This document shows, piece by piece, positions 37,622 to 50,178 of a stretch of DNA of 64,000 nt. A program made the position numbers and the translations under genes. A model generated the notes under the pieces. It saw only the letters and a list, made by a program, of their open reading frames with translations, was not told the origin of the DNA and ran no database searches. Position 1 is the first letter of the stretch, and the number at the start of each line of letters is the position of its first letter. Source of the DNA: Paraspadella gotoi (Eukaryota; Animalia; Chaetognatha); contig CM119263.1 in the NCBI GenBank assembly GCA_051294375.1, positions 14,338,414 through 14,402,413 on the forward strand. Reading direction: 5' to 3'.

Positions 37622-39952
37622 TTTGTGCTGTCTTGTGAACTTCTAATTAATTAGTCATATAAACAAGCCATAGCTTCAGTCAGTTCCCAATATATCTCTA
37701 CTGTTCAATTTAAATTTGATACTTTATATTTCTAATTATCTTTCGTGCATGTTTATGTTTATGTTCACCATGGTTTTGTGAGCATTTCACCAGGATCGAG
37801 AGATACTTTAGTGCGGAATGCGCGGATTATGGGGCGAATTCTTTTTTATTACTTCCTACGACCGCACGGCGGGTTTGAACCCGAGTTGGCTCGATAAAAA
37901 TTTGGAGGAAACTCGATCGTTACGTCGTAACATAAGAAGTTTTCAAATTTTTTCAGCTTTTTCTCGCAAAGTATCGATTCAAAGCATCCACAAGTTTCGA
38001 ACCGACTGTAGAGAATAATATTATAAAACGTTATTATTTTGAAAAGCCATGAAATCGTTGGCCTTTTTTTTTTCAACCTCTTTTATTTCTTACCGTTTTT
38101 CATTAATTTGATTTTTTTTTTTAAAAAGGCGGAATTCTATCTCCGGCGAGATGGATGATCCCGGAGATATATTCTTATTCATTCCTCCCTTTCAATGTCT
38201 ACCACTCGTCCCTGACTTACTAAACATTCTTCTCTCTTAATTTCTTTCTTCTTCCCGCTCCTCCTCCTCATCCCCTACTCCTCCCCTTCCTCTTCCTCCT
38301 AATCCTCCCCGTTCATCGCTTACCATCACCCCGGTTCACAATTCACAGTTCACAATTGTGAACGAACCACGATCGCTTTCAATTTTTTTTTTCTTTCATC
38401 GCGATATTTTCGTTTTTGATCGATGTGTCCGAAAAGACTTTCGTTTTTCGATTGCTTTAATAAAGATTTAATAGAATAAAAATTTAATGCGACTCTATGT
38501 TAGATGTTTTGCTACTAATTATAATTTATTTTTTTAGAAATATTAAATTGAAATATGTGCAGCACGCAACAGCAACAGCGTCGTAACTTTCTTTCAAAAA
38601 TAATTGCTATGAAGTAAAAAGTAAATAACTGGTAATAAAAAATAGATAATGCTCTTAATAATGACGAAAATTATATAAAGGGAAAATTCCAAAACCTCTT
38701 GACAAAATTTATAGTAAATTAACTTTCCCGCGATAAAATACATTATTTAATTCTGATCTGTTTAATGAGAAAATTAATTATAAATTGAAGCATTTACTTA
38801 TATTAATATTAATTATAATTACGTATGAACGAATTAAAAGGATGGTTAAAGTGATTACCCTGTGGTCTAAGCGCAAATTGACAACCTTAACAATGGTATT
38901 AAATAGAGTGAATGCAAAAACAAATAAAACGACGACTGGCTGAGAGAAAATCATTAGCTTCTTATTTCCTTTTTATATTTGCACTTTTCAACTCAAACAT
39001 TCACAAAACAAAACAAGAAAAGAATTCTGACCGCAGAACTAAGTAGGAAAATGTCGAAACTACTTTAAAACCAGAAACGATTAAAACCTCATGAAAAGTA
39101 AAAAGACACAAATACATAAAACTTGGACAGAAAAATGACGACGCGCCGAATATAAACAGACAAAACGGAAAAAAAAATCTTTTAAAAATAATGAAAAATG
39201 AAAGTCAGTTGGTTTTCACTTTTTGTTTGACTTTTGATTTTTAGAAAATACCTCTTTTTTTATTTTTCGAACTGTTTTACAGTAACCTTAACTATTTTTT
39301 TTTTGGTTATACGTTAACTTTTAAAACAAATTTACTTTTCTTTTCGCTATTTCGCCAGTTTTACTCTTTTGAAAAGCTTAATTGCGTACATTAACAGTCA
39401 TATTTGGCCTTTTTTCCGTTTGGTTTACGAACTTCTACGTGCCGCCCTTAAAAAAAACAAAAAACAATTATTTCTATATTTTTTTTCCTCAACCTTTAAT
39501 TTCTACCCCTCCACGACTTTTACCGCATCATAGTTTTGTCTTGTTTTGTTTTGTTTTGTTTTGTTTACGAAACCATAATCTCCGTTCAAGGGCGACCTTT
39601 ACGTTTTTATCTTAGCAAAGTTCACCGGAATAAAATCTTTTTTTTTTACAACGAATAGAATGTAACCGTTTCTGTACCCTAGTCGGCCGTGAAATCCCCG
39701 CTTCCCCTTCCGCCCGTAATCGTCCCCTTTGTCCGGTCGCCCGCCCCTTACGCCCGGTCGCCAGCCCCCTTCGCCCGCCGCGGTTCACTGTATCTTCAGC
39801 GATGTTGCTCTGAGGATTCGTCCAACGAAAACCCGACGAAAAAAAAAAGGCAGAGCGAATTTCTCGTTTTATTGTGATCCTGCGTTCGAACCGTGAACGC
39901 GAAAAATATCCCAGCTGTAAGTCAAAACGAAACAATCCAATCAGAAAAGGAG

Positions 39953-40023
<71 letters not shown>

Positions 40024-40279
40024 TAAAAAAACAGCGCATGACTTCAATGAAAAGTCAATTTTACTCAGGAAGTCAGTCTTTGCCTTTTCTGCTCGTGACT
40101 CTGGTTTAAAACTTCTCAATATTTTTCATGATCGCGGAAATCTTTAAAAACGAAAAATAAATTTGCGGATTACGATATTGTTTTGTTCTCCTCAGGATCT
40201 CTCTCGACCGACAGAACCTCCCGAAAAGTTGCACTCTCTTTTACTCTCTAGTTGCACTCTCTTTTTACTCTCTCTTCCC

Positions 40280-40357
<78 letters not shown>

Positions 40358-40361
40358 TCCT

Positions 40362-40386
40362 NNNNNNNNNNNNNNNNNNNNNNNNN
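40362..40386. other. Assembly gap (25 N)
   Basis: N run inside a CT tract. Confidence 0.97.
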
Positions 40387-40390
40387 CTCC

Positions 40391-40432
<42 letters not shown>

Positions 40433-40758
40433 CTCTCTCTCTCTCTCATCTTCTCTCTCCTCTCTCTCTCTCTCTCTCAGTCTTCAGTCGGCCATCGATT
40501 TGGTCCGCCCACCGAAGCGATGACGTCGACTCAGACGACGCCGTCTCCGACTCGAATAGACGGGACTCTGTTCTTGCGGCGCCGAGCGCTGCTACTCGCC
40601 CGAGTCCTCCCCAGCGTCTTACGGCGTCTTGCCCTCGGCGCCATCGACGGCCGATGTCGACGCACTCTGGCGCTAAACTATCGCACGTCGCTCAGAGAGA
40701 CGATGAAAGGACTCTGCTTGAAGATCGAACGCCTCGCCGACCGCCTCGACGACACAAA

Positions 40759-41226
40759 ATGCGCATGCGTGATCGAGTTTCTTTCCTGGAGGTCTTCGTC
40801 ATCGTCAGTCGTCGACGAACAAATTCATAGTCACTTTCCTCTGCCTCGCCTCCCTCTCCACTTTCGCGAGCATCCTTCACCCTCAACAGCCCCTTCTACA
40901 GCAAGTTTGCGACGGAAACAGCAACAGCAGCCGCGACGCCGGCGGCGGCGGCGGCGGCGAGCTTGACAATTTTCGTGGACAAAAACCTCATCTTCGACGG
41001 ATTCGTGGAAAATCCCCTCCAAACTTTTCGTCGATATCGACGACGACAACAACAAAACAACGATGGAAAAAGCGCAACAACGAGTTCGAGGATAAAGAGA
41101 CGATGCGGCAAACGACGACGACGACGACGATGACGACGACGACTTCCGGTTTGGCGTCCGAGTCAGAAATCCCTCTCGGCGAATTAGAACAAAAGCGCAA
41201 AATCGTTCAAGAGGCAAACGGGAGGA
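40759..41226 (+). pseudogene. Copy A of the same exon with many 1-nt indels
   Basis: Colinear with 50179-50641; frame broken by indels typical of read error. Confidence 0.6.
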
Positions 41227-44067
41227 GTGAGCCCGAAGGGGGCGGCAGGGGGGGGTGATATCAGGGAGGTAAATGACGGGGAGGAAGAAGAAATTGATTG
41301 GTAAATGAACGAGTTGAGGAAGAGGATTGAATTTGAATATTGTAACGATGAGCCTGAAAATAAACCAAAACAAAAGTCGCCGAAAAAAAACAAAAGATTT
41401 ATGAATCATGAAAAAAGGAAAGAGTTTTATATTCGGCGTTGGAGGAGTTAGGGTTCCATAAACTCGTTCCTCGATTAAATAATCAGAATCAGTTTTACGG
41501 AAGAAGAAGCGAAGGGGAGACTGGAAAGGCGAGAAGACTGTTTCCGGGTTTATACCTTACTCTTTTACGGGGGGGGGACTGGGGGCGCACACTGTTACCT
41601 GATGACGGAAAATATCCGGGCCAACTTATCACAGCTACGATCTCATAGATTTTCGTAAAGTTGGTTGAATTTAAAGTTCTGAGCCGAGATATCTGACCTT
41701 AGCTATTTGGTTTGTTGTCATGGTGATTTTTGTTTACAAGTTGTCATTTTCGACATAAATTGATTTTTTACTAACTTTTTTTTCGACATGGCGGACTTTA
41801 ACCTTAGGTAAAATAGTTATTTTGAAAAAATATTTACTTCTTTCCACGATTTATCAGAAGCTCTTTTCATAGGGTTTCTGCTGACATGCTTCTTTCAATG
41901 ATTTAAAGTCGACATACTGGAATACAGTGGCATGCAGATGACAGCATCATTTTCTCAGTACTTTCTTTCCTTTAAGTTCCAAATTTTCATCTTTAAGGTC
42001 CTGGGTTAACTAGGGTTAAACGAAATTGAACCTTGGATGGTATTTAATAGTCAGGAGTATTTCCCATTTATTACCCCTGTTGCGGTTTTTTTGCGGTTTT
42101 TCCATTTAAGAAAGAAATAGGCCTCACCAGTTGACTAGTTCATGCAAATTAAGATAAAGTTAAATTCATTTTAATTATATTTGACTAAAATAAATAACCT
42201 CAACCTTCAGTGATTTAAATAAATATATAAGGATTTAAAAGATATATTTTTAAGCTTTTCATCGATTTATTATTTTTCAAAAAAAATTGTTTTTCTTCTA
42301 TGAGAACCAAAATTATTTATCCTAGGAGGTCAAGATCAAATTAAATTGTTGAAATATTGAAACTGCATTTGAACATCTCGGTTTCCTAGGGTTCTAGTAG
42401 TAACGCATTTAAATGTACTTTAATAGTCAATTTTCATATTCGTCTTACTATGTTAAAGCAGATTCCTTCGGTTTAAATATCAAAGAGATATAAGATAAAC
42501 AAACAGTAATCTTCGAAATTTTTATTTTCTATATAAATTAACTATAAAAAAAGGATGAAAATCAACTTGCCGGACAAATCAATTAAAATAGTTGGTGATC
42601 AATAAAATATCAGGAATTATGCGGCAAATGTCATAAGCAACTAATATCAGATTAGTCATAGATCATTTGCTTAAGAAACTAACAACGGGAACAACAGTAA
42701 CAACGACAAATATGCAGTGTAACGTTCATATTCAATACAAAAAGAAATTTTAAGTGAAATATATTGTTAATATTATTAATTTACTCTTGTTTTTTACTGA
42801 CGACAAACATGTTTCTCTGTCCATCTGTCAAAATGTCTGATAATCTTTAAAAATTGATTTTATTGTGAAGTCTCACATTTTTTTGTTTGTACCTTCACGC
42901 TGAGGTCGCCAAATGACCTAATACTTACTTTTTTGCTTTACTTCAGTCAGTATGTACCTCTCTCTCTCAATCTCTCTCTCTCTCTATATATATATATTAT
43001 ATATACAATATACATATAGAAAGAAAGAAGGGAGAAAGTGAGAGAGAATGAGATATATATATATATCTCTCGCTCTCTTTCTCTGTCTGTATCTGTCAGT
43101 CTCTCTTTCTAACTCAACATCTTCTCCCGCTCTTTGCCTCTCTCTCACACTCTCTCCCTCTCTATCTGTAGAGAAGCTTGGCTCTCTACGCCTCTTGAGG
43201 TGAGGATGGTCCACTTGGTCGCAACTTATCTGACGAAAAGTATCCAAACGTTTCTGTAAACTGAAGCTCAAAAGTCGAAAAAGAAGAAATGCGGGAATAA
43301 ATGTAAATAAATGTAATAAATGTAGACAAATCCGTAGAGAAAATCGAGATCAAATCGAGATGAATCAATAAATCGTAGAGGAATCCAATAAATCGTAGAA
43401 GAATCTTCAGTAAAAACGTAGTAGAAAACTTTGTAAGAAAGTAGTTGACAGTCTAGAGTGATCCAGTGAATCTAATCTGTCTTGTTGTCTTGTCCAAGTA
43501 AAGTTTGGAGAGAGAGAGAGAAAAAGAGAGAGAGGGAGAGAAGAGTGGAGAAAGAGTCCGGTCAGTCTCTGTCCGGTCGATCGTCAATCGGTCGAATGGG
43601 TCAGATCTGGCCGTCTCCGTCGGTCTCGGCCTTTTCTCTTCACTATCTCTCTTTCTATCTGTCTCTCTCTCTCTCCGGAATGAATTTGGCGGTGATGTTG
43701 GCACTGCTTCGTTGTGTATTGTTATTTAAAAGCATTACTAAACCAATTTTGTTTGGTTATTAGTTTATTTGTTTATTAGTTTATTTATCTTTAGTTAATT
43801 TTCAATTTCAAGTTTACTTAACTTATCTATCCTTGTTGTACATTTAAAAATGTCATGTTTCTCTCTTCTCTCTCTCTCTCTCCTCTCACTTTCACAATTT
43901 CAAAAAAACAACTTACTTCCCTTTTTCCCTGTCCTTATCTTCACCGTCCTTACATCTGACCACTGTCCTTCTCTCAATTCTTTGTTGGAAACTCTCTCTC
44001 TCTCTCTCTCTTTCTCTCTCTATCTCTATCTCACCATCTTATGTCTGTGAAAGTTGTCCCAAAACAA

Positions 44068-44125
44068 GCGCTGATGAGTGCTGAAGACTCAAAAATGTAA
44101 GAGACGAAACATTTCCGTCACTGAA
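44068..44125 (+). ncRNA. Degenerate hammerhead-like motif; duplicate at 53492-53549
   Basis: AGUG-CUGAAGA-CUC...GAG ac-GAAA-cauuucc-GUC-ACU followed by AATAAA; register off by one nucleotide. Confidence 0.35.
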
Positions 44126-44225
44126 TGTATAATAAAATCGTTGTGATTAAACTTCTTTCATTGTGTTTGAGTTATTTGAGATTAAAGACGAAGTCTTATT
44201 ACGTCAACGATTTTATTTTAATGGT

Positions 44226-44262
44226 ACAGACTTTCGGCTTTCATTCAAGCTTTCATCAGTGC
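44226..44262 (-). ncRNA. Minimal hammerhead-ribozyme-like motif (Penelope type); duplicate at 53650-53686
   Basis: Minus strand reads GCA-CUGAUGA-aaGCUU gaauga AAGCc-GAAA-GUC-UGU: conserved core, stem II and short stem I. Confidence 0.5.
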
Positions 44263-44301
44263 TTTGACAATTCACAATTTCATGTTATCTAAATTGACTT
44301 T

Positions 44302-44337
<36 letters not shown>

Positions 44338-44396
44338 AATGGCCAACAAAGAAGTGAGACAGGGCAGTGGTGAAATGTGAGGACAGGTTTAAGTTG

Positions 44397-44432
<36 letters not shown>

Positions 44433-44876
44433 AAGCAGAGGTTAACATTTTTGGAAGTACCATTAAAATAAAGTCATTGATGTAATAAGACTTGGTCTTT
44501 AATCTCAAATAATAAATCCTTGTCAACCATTAAAAACTTTCGTTTTCAAACTCCGCTACATTTATATTCAACTAAAAACCATTAACGGTTATAATTCTCA
44601 TTTGCATATTGTAGTGAGAGATTTTAAAATAAAAAAATAAGAAAAACAAACAAAAAAGAAACAAATATTTAAAGAAAAGTTAATACAACTTATATAAATG
44701 AAAACTATAATATTATATTACAGCATAAATCCCTTTTTTTTTAATTTTTAAAAAAATATTTTAATAGATATGAACTTAGGAATTGAGAATATTAAAGTTT
44801 TTAGTCATTATTAAAGTCAAACGGATTTCTGGAGGGGGTGGGATGTTGGCTCAATTACATCTATTAAAAAAAAAGG

Positions 44877-46414
44877 AGTCGTTCTGGCTCGATAGCAAGG
44901 CCTGTGATATTTTTCCGTCATCCACCCTACTAAGCTCATATATGTAGTCGTTTGGCCGATAGCGAGCCCTGTGATATTTCCGTCATCCACCTACTAAGCT
45001 CAATAGTGTAGTCGTTCTGGCTCGATAGCGAGGCCTGTGATATTTTCCGTCATCCACCCTACTAAGCTCATTAGTGTTAGTCGTTCTGGCTCGATAGCGA
45101 GGCCCTGTGATATTTTCCGTCATCCACCTACTAAGCTCATATATGTAGTCGTTCTGGCTCGATAGCGAGGCCCTGTGATATTTTCCGTCATCCACCCTAC
45201 TAAGCTCATATTTAGTGTAGTCGTTCTGGCTCGATAGCGAGGCCCTGTGATATTTTCCGTCATCCACCCTACTAAGCTCATATAGTGTAGTCGTTCATGG
45301 CTCGATAGCGAAGGCCCTGTGATATTTTCCGTCATCCACCCTACTAAGCTCATATAGTGTAGTCGTTCTGGCTCGATAGCGAGGCCCTGTGATATTTTCC
45401 GTCATCCACCCTACTAAGCTCATATAGTGTAAGTCGTTCTGGCTCGATAGCGAGGCCCTGTGATATTTTCCGTCATCCACCCTACTAAGCTCATATAGTG
45501 TAGTCGTTCTGGCTCGATAGCGAGGCCCTGTGATTATTTTCCGTCATCCACCCTACTAAGCTCATATAGTGTAGTCGTTCTGGCTCGATAGCGAGGCCCT
45601 GTGATATTTTTCCGTCATCCACCTACTAAGCTCATATAGTGTAGTCGTTCTGGCTCGATAGCGAGCCCTGTGATATTTTCCGTCATCCACCCTACTAAGC
45701 TCATATAGTGTAGTCGTTCTGGCTCGATTAGCGAGGCCCTGTGATATTTTTCCGTCATCCACCCTACTAAGCTCATATAGTGTAGTCGTCTGGCTCGATA
45801 GCGAGGCCCTGTGATATTTTCCCGTCATCCACCCTACTAAGCTCATATAGTGTAGTCGTTCTGGCTCGATAGCGAGGCCCTGTGATATTTTCCGTCATCC
45901 CACCCTACTAAGCTCATTATAGTGTAGTCGTCTGGCTCCGAATAGCCGAGGCCCTGTGATATTTTCCGTCATCCACCCTACTAGCTCATATAGTGTAGTC
46001 GTTCTGGCTCGATTAGCGAGGCCCTGTGATTTTTTTCCGTCATCCACCCTACTAAAGCTCATATAGTGTAGTCGTTCTGGCCGATAGCGAGGCCCTGTGA
46101 TATTTTTTCCGTCATCCACCTACTAAGCTCATATAGTGTAGTCGTTTCGGCTCGATAGCGAGGCCTGTGATATTTTCCGTCATCCACCCTACTAAGCCAT
46201 ATAGTGTAGTCGTTCTGGCTCGATAGCGAGGCCCTGTGATATTTTCCGTCATCCACCTACTAAAAGCTCATATAGTGTAGTCGTTCTGGCTCGAAGCGGG
46301 CCCTGTGATATTTTCCGTCATCCACCCTACTAAGCTCATATAGTGTAGTCGTTCTGGCTCGATAGCGAGGCCCTGTGATATTTTCCGTCATCCACCCTCT
46401 AAGCTCATATAGTG
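44877..46414. repeat. 70-bp tandem array, ~22 copies, equal to the amplified right end of the transposon
   Basis: Unit gtagtcgttctggctcgatagcgaggccctgtgatattttccgtcatccaccctactaagctcatatagt; no spacers; variation mostly 1-nt indels. Confidence 0.97.
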
Positions 46415-47104
46415 GGCGGGGAGTGCAGGGACGATAAGGGGTTAGAATAGACTTTTTTTGCCTAGAGTTGTCGGCGGTGGTTCGAAAACCTTGAGTTGAA
46501 TTTAGACTCGAAAAGAAGTTAATAAGAATGAATGAAAGACGAATCCAGATGAAGAAGGTGATAAGACGTTGCCCTTTTTTTTTTTTGCCTTTCAACTGTT
46601 TGGCCTTCGACACGCGTCGGGCAGGGAGCGTGAGCTTTTTTTATTCTGATTAGTGTTAAATATTTTATAATTTACAGGGTTCGGAATCAAAACTTATAAA
46701 ATTGTATTATATTTACAAATAAACGCATATGTCCTAAACCGTTTAAAGTTTTTCCTTTGATCGAGATTGTGACAGTAAATTAAGGACATATTAGGAATAA
46801 CAAGTGTGAAAACAAAATAATGTTTATTAGGAGAGGAGGAGAAATCATATAAAAACTGAAAGTCATACCAATGCACGTAGATGTTAACTTTGAAAAAAAT
46901 TATAAAAAATAAAAAAATATTGCGCTAAAAAACATCTGAAAACAATAAAGGAAAAAACATATGTTCTTAGAGGAAAAAAACTGCAGCCAATCTATAAGAT
47001 CGGACAACAACGCATAACTGAAAACGGAAGGAGGGAGATAGAACAACCAGATGGAGATCCGAGATAAAAGATGCCCGGTTTTAAGGATTCTATCAGCAAT
47101 CCTA

Positions 47105-47199
<95 letters not shown>

Positions 47200-47908
47200 T
47201 AAAGAAACAAAAAGTGATAAATGAGGAAAAGATAAAAGAGGAAGCGTCCATAGCGAAGGGAAAAATAAGATAGAGAGATAAGGGAAAAAAAGGAAATGGG
47301 AGGGAAGCCAAAAAGGAAGGTCTGACTTTTTTTTTTTCATTCATTATCCCATTTTTTTTCTATCATGAAACTGAACAACTTTTTATTTCTGAAACGAAAA
47401 CTCTCAGCGGCGGCGGGGAGTTGATAATCCGCGCGCCTTTTAACCCTTAATCCTTTACCCTTAATTTCGATCCTTTCCAACAAAGAGACTTTCACTTCCC
47501 TTGTCAAAAAAATGGCGAGAGGCGGCGAAGCTTTGGTCCAAACGCTCAGTTTAAGCCTCGAGAGTTTTGTCAAGATTTTTTAATCGCTTTTCTCGAGATT
47601 CATCTTCATTCTTCAAATCTCCAAATTTATCGGTGAAGTTGAAAAAGGTCGACGTCTATTCCCTTTTCGATCTCTAACGAGGCATGTTTCCTTTCACATC
47701 AATCGCTTTCACTTATCTCCAGGGACTATCACTCCAAAATGCCATCATCGGACAATATTTGATATATATCGACTTCACCTAAAAACGATTTTATTCGACG
47801 CTCCGATGTTTATTATTTTGCGAGGAAACTAATCATTTTTAATCACAGAATCTGCCATGGTTGATTAAAAGTTTAAAATGAAGAGCGACTATTTTTTTCA
47901 CGCCTTTA

Positions 47909-47985
<77 letters not shown>

Positions 47986-48249
47986 TTCTCCGTCGGCTCG
48001 TGGCTCGTGGCTCGTTTTCTATCAGCCGATAGAGTTTCACTTTTCATTCTTTTCTTCTCATCTTAAATTTCTTGACCTTTGACACTCGAGGTGTAACTCA
48101 ACGACCGGTTTCGTCCTCGTTCTCTTCGGCCTTTTCCTCTTCCTTCCTTCCTACTGGCCAGTGGACACCCGACCCTTCGACTGACCTACCCATATCCCAG
48201 TCCTCCATCATCCAGTAAGTTTACTTTCTCACACTAATCCCCAAATTTT

Positions 48250-48615
48250 ATCCCATCTCAATTTTTATTAACATCTTATCCTTATTCCAAAACATTCCCT
48301 TCCCATCTCAATCCCGATTCCCATCTCAATCCCTGTTTGCAATCTTAATAGCAATTCCCTCTTAATCCCTATTCCAATCTTAATCTCTATTCCCATATTA
48401 ATCCCTATTCCCTCCTCAATCACAATTCACTAATCACTAATAACTATTCCCATTCAATACGTATTCCCATCTCAATCCATAATCTAATCTCAATCCCTAT
48501 TCCCATCTCAATCCCTTTCCCATCTTATCACTATTTCCATCTCTATTCCTCTTCCAATCTCAATCCATATTCTAATCTTAATCCTATTCCCATATCAATA
48601 ATCTCTCCAATCTAA
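48250..48615. repeat. Degenerate hexamer-based minisatellite (ccctattcccatctcaat-like, ~18 bp); second copy at ~59270-59655
   Basis: Repeated aatccc/tattcc/catctc units. Confidence 0.8.
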
Positions 48616-50178
48616 ACCTTCTGAAACCCTTTCTCCTTTTCCGCATCATCGTCTCTCTCTCCCACCCTGCCCCTACTTCCCCCCCCCACAGTCCCCACCC
48701 TGCGTTCCAATCAAAACAAACGGCCTCTACATGGGATCGGAATTTTCTTTCGGCTCGCCCGGGAGGTCAGGAGGAGGGGGGGGCAAGAAATCGGGGTGGG
48801 CGGGTAGGGGCATCGTGTGCCCAGGCGGGCGTTGATTGGGCCGAAACGGGGTAAGTTTATCGGAGAAATGGGGATAAGGATTGAGTGGGGTCGAGTCCGC
48901 GGCGAATCAAACGAGGGCAAATTATGCAGAAGCCGCGTTGCTGCGACTCGTCGAGGCGAAAGTCAAGCCGAATTACGGAATTGAAACAGTAGCCGAGAGA
49001 GCCAAAGGATCAGCCCGAGATATCGATGTAGATGGCGACCGCGAAACAAAAGGGAAACGGGAATCAATGGTATGAATATATAAAAGAAAAAGATTGTCGG
49101 CAAAGTCGTGCTTCTCATCTCGGCAAAATATTCGCGCGAAGTCGTAAACATCGAAAAATTAGAAAGAAAAATATTTTTTACTCCTCCGTATTTTATTTTA
49201 TGTTTTTTTTTTTTTTTTTTTTTGACGACCGGTAAAAGGGGAGGAAAGAAGAAGCCCCGCAAAGTTTTGTTGTTTTTTATTTTCTGTTTCTCTCACTAAA
49301 TGACAAAAGCGGGAGAGAGAATTTATGCTTTTAACGTGTTTTTAAAAGCGTTCGTCGAGTTAAAAAACCTCAATTTAAACGTCGATTCGATAAAGATTCG
49401 GACGACGGAAACCTGAGAATCTTTTTTTCTTGAGATGTATATTTATATTTAATTTTTTTAATTGGAAAAGAATTTGTTGGTTTCTCTTGTTTGTTAAGCG
49501 ACTCCGTCATAAATTAGGAACGGGTGTTGCTGTCTCCACTGTGGTCTTTAGATTTACAGCACCGTAAAAAAACATTGAAAGAATTTGCAAAAGAAATGTA
49601 AGATTTGAAAGGTTGAAACAAAAATTTTGACACACCCATCCGGGGAATGGACCGGAATAATCCATGGAGGTTGTAAAAAAATACGATCGAACAGGGGAAA
49701 GTCTTTTACCGGTTTATTCAGAAATGAAATTAGTTTATTGATTTAGAATTTACGTAGAATTTTAACCATCAACACTTTGACAATGACATTTTTCCCGGGA
49801 CTGGCTGTTGGCTATGCTTGGTCTGTCTTCGTTCTGGTAGTCTGTTAGGCGCTGGGTCTCTTTTTTTAGTCGTCTCTCACAACAGGTATACCAGTCAGTC
49901 TTCAGTCGGCCATCGATTTGGTCGCGCCACCGGAAGCGATGACGTCGACTCAGACGACGCCGCCTCCGACTCGAATGACGGGACTCTGTTCTTGCGGCGC
50001 CGAGCGCTGCTACTCCCCGAAGTTCCTCGCCCAGCGTCTTACGGCGTCTTGCCCTCGGCGCCATCGGACGCCGATGTCGACGCACTCTGGCGCTAAACTA
50101 TCGCACGTCGCTCAGAGAGACGATGAAAGGACTCTGCTTGAAGATCGAACGCCTCGCCGACCGCCTCGACGACACAAA

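Larger units (their letters stand above)
41588..46414. mobile_element. 4827-bp non-autonomous CAC...GTG DNA transposon (Transib/Chapaev/RAG-like lineage) with asymmetric TIRs
   Basis: Starts CACACTG and ends TATAGTG; flanked by GGCG on both sides; empty site (ggactggggcgggagagtg) at ~57377-57395; GATGACGGAAAATATC block shared in inverted orientation at both ends. No transposase ORF seen. Confidence 0.85.

Noticed and set aside
41588-44876. Transposase or RAG1/RAG2-like coding sequence inside the element
   Set aside because: Only short ORFs, many microsatellite-derived; no DDE or zinc-finger motifs recognised by eye. A blastx could still reveal decayed fragments.
44877-46414. CRISPR array or repeat-protein ORFs (MDDGKYHRASLSS...)
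   Set aside because: Units are head-to-tail with no unique spacers, there are no cas genes, the context is eukaryotic, and the 70-bp period is not a multiple of 3.
49804-49894. Unique linker between copies A and B
   Set aside because: Looks like low-quality read sequence at an assembly junction, in place of the CT tract seen in the other copies.
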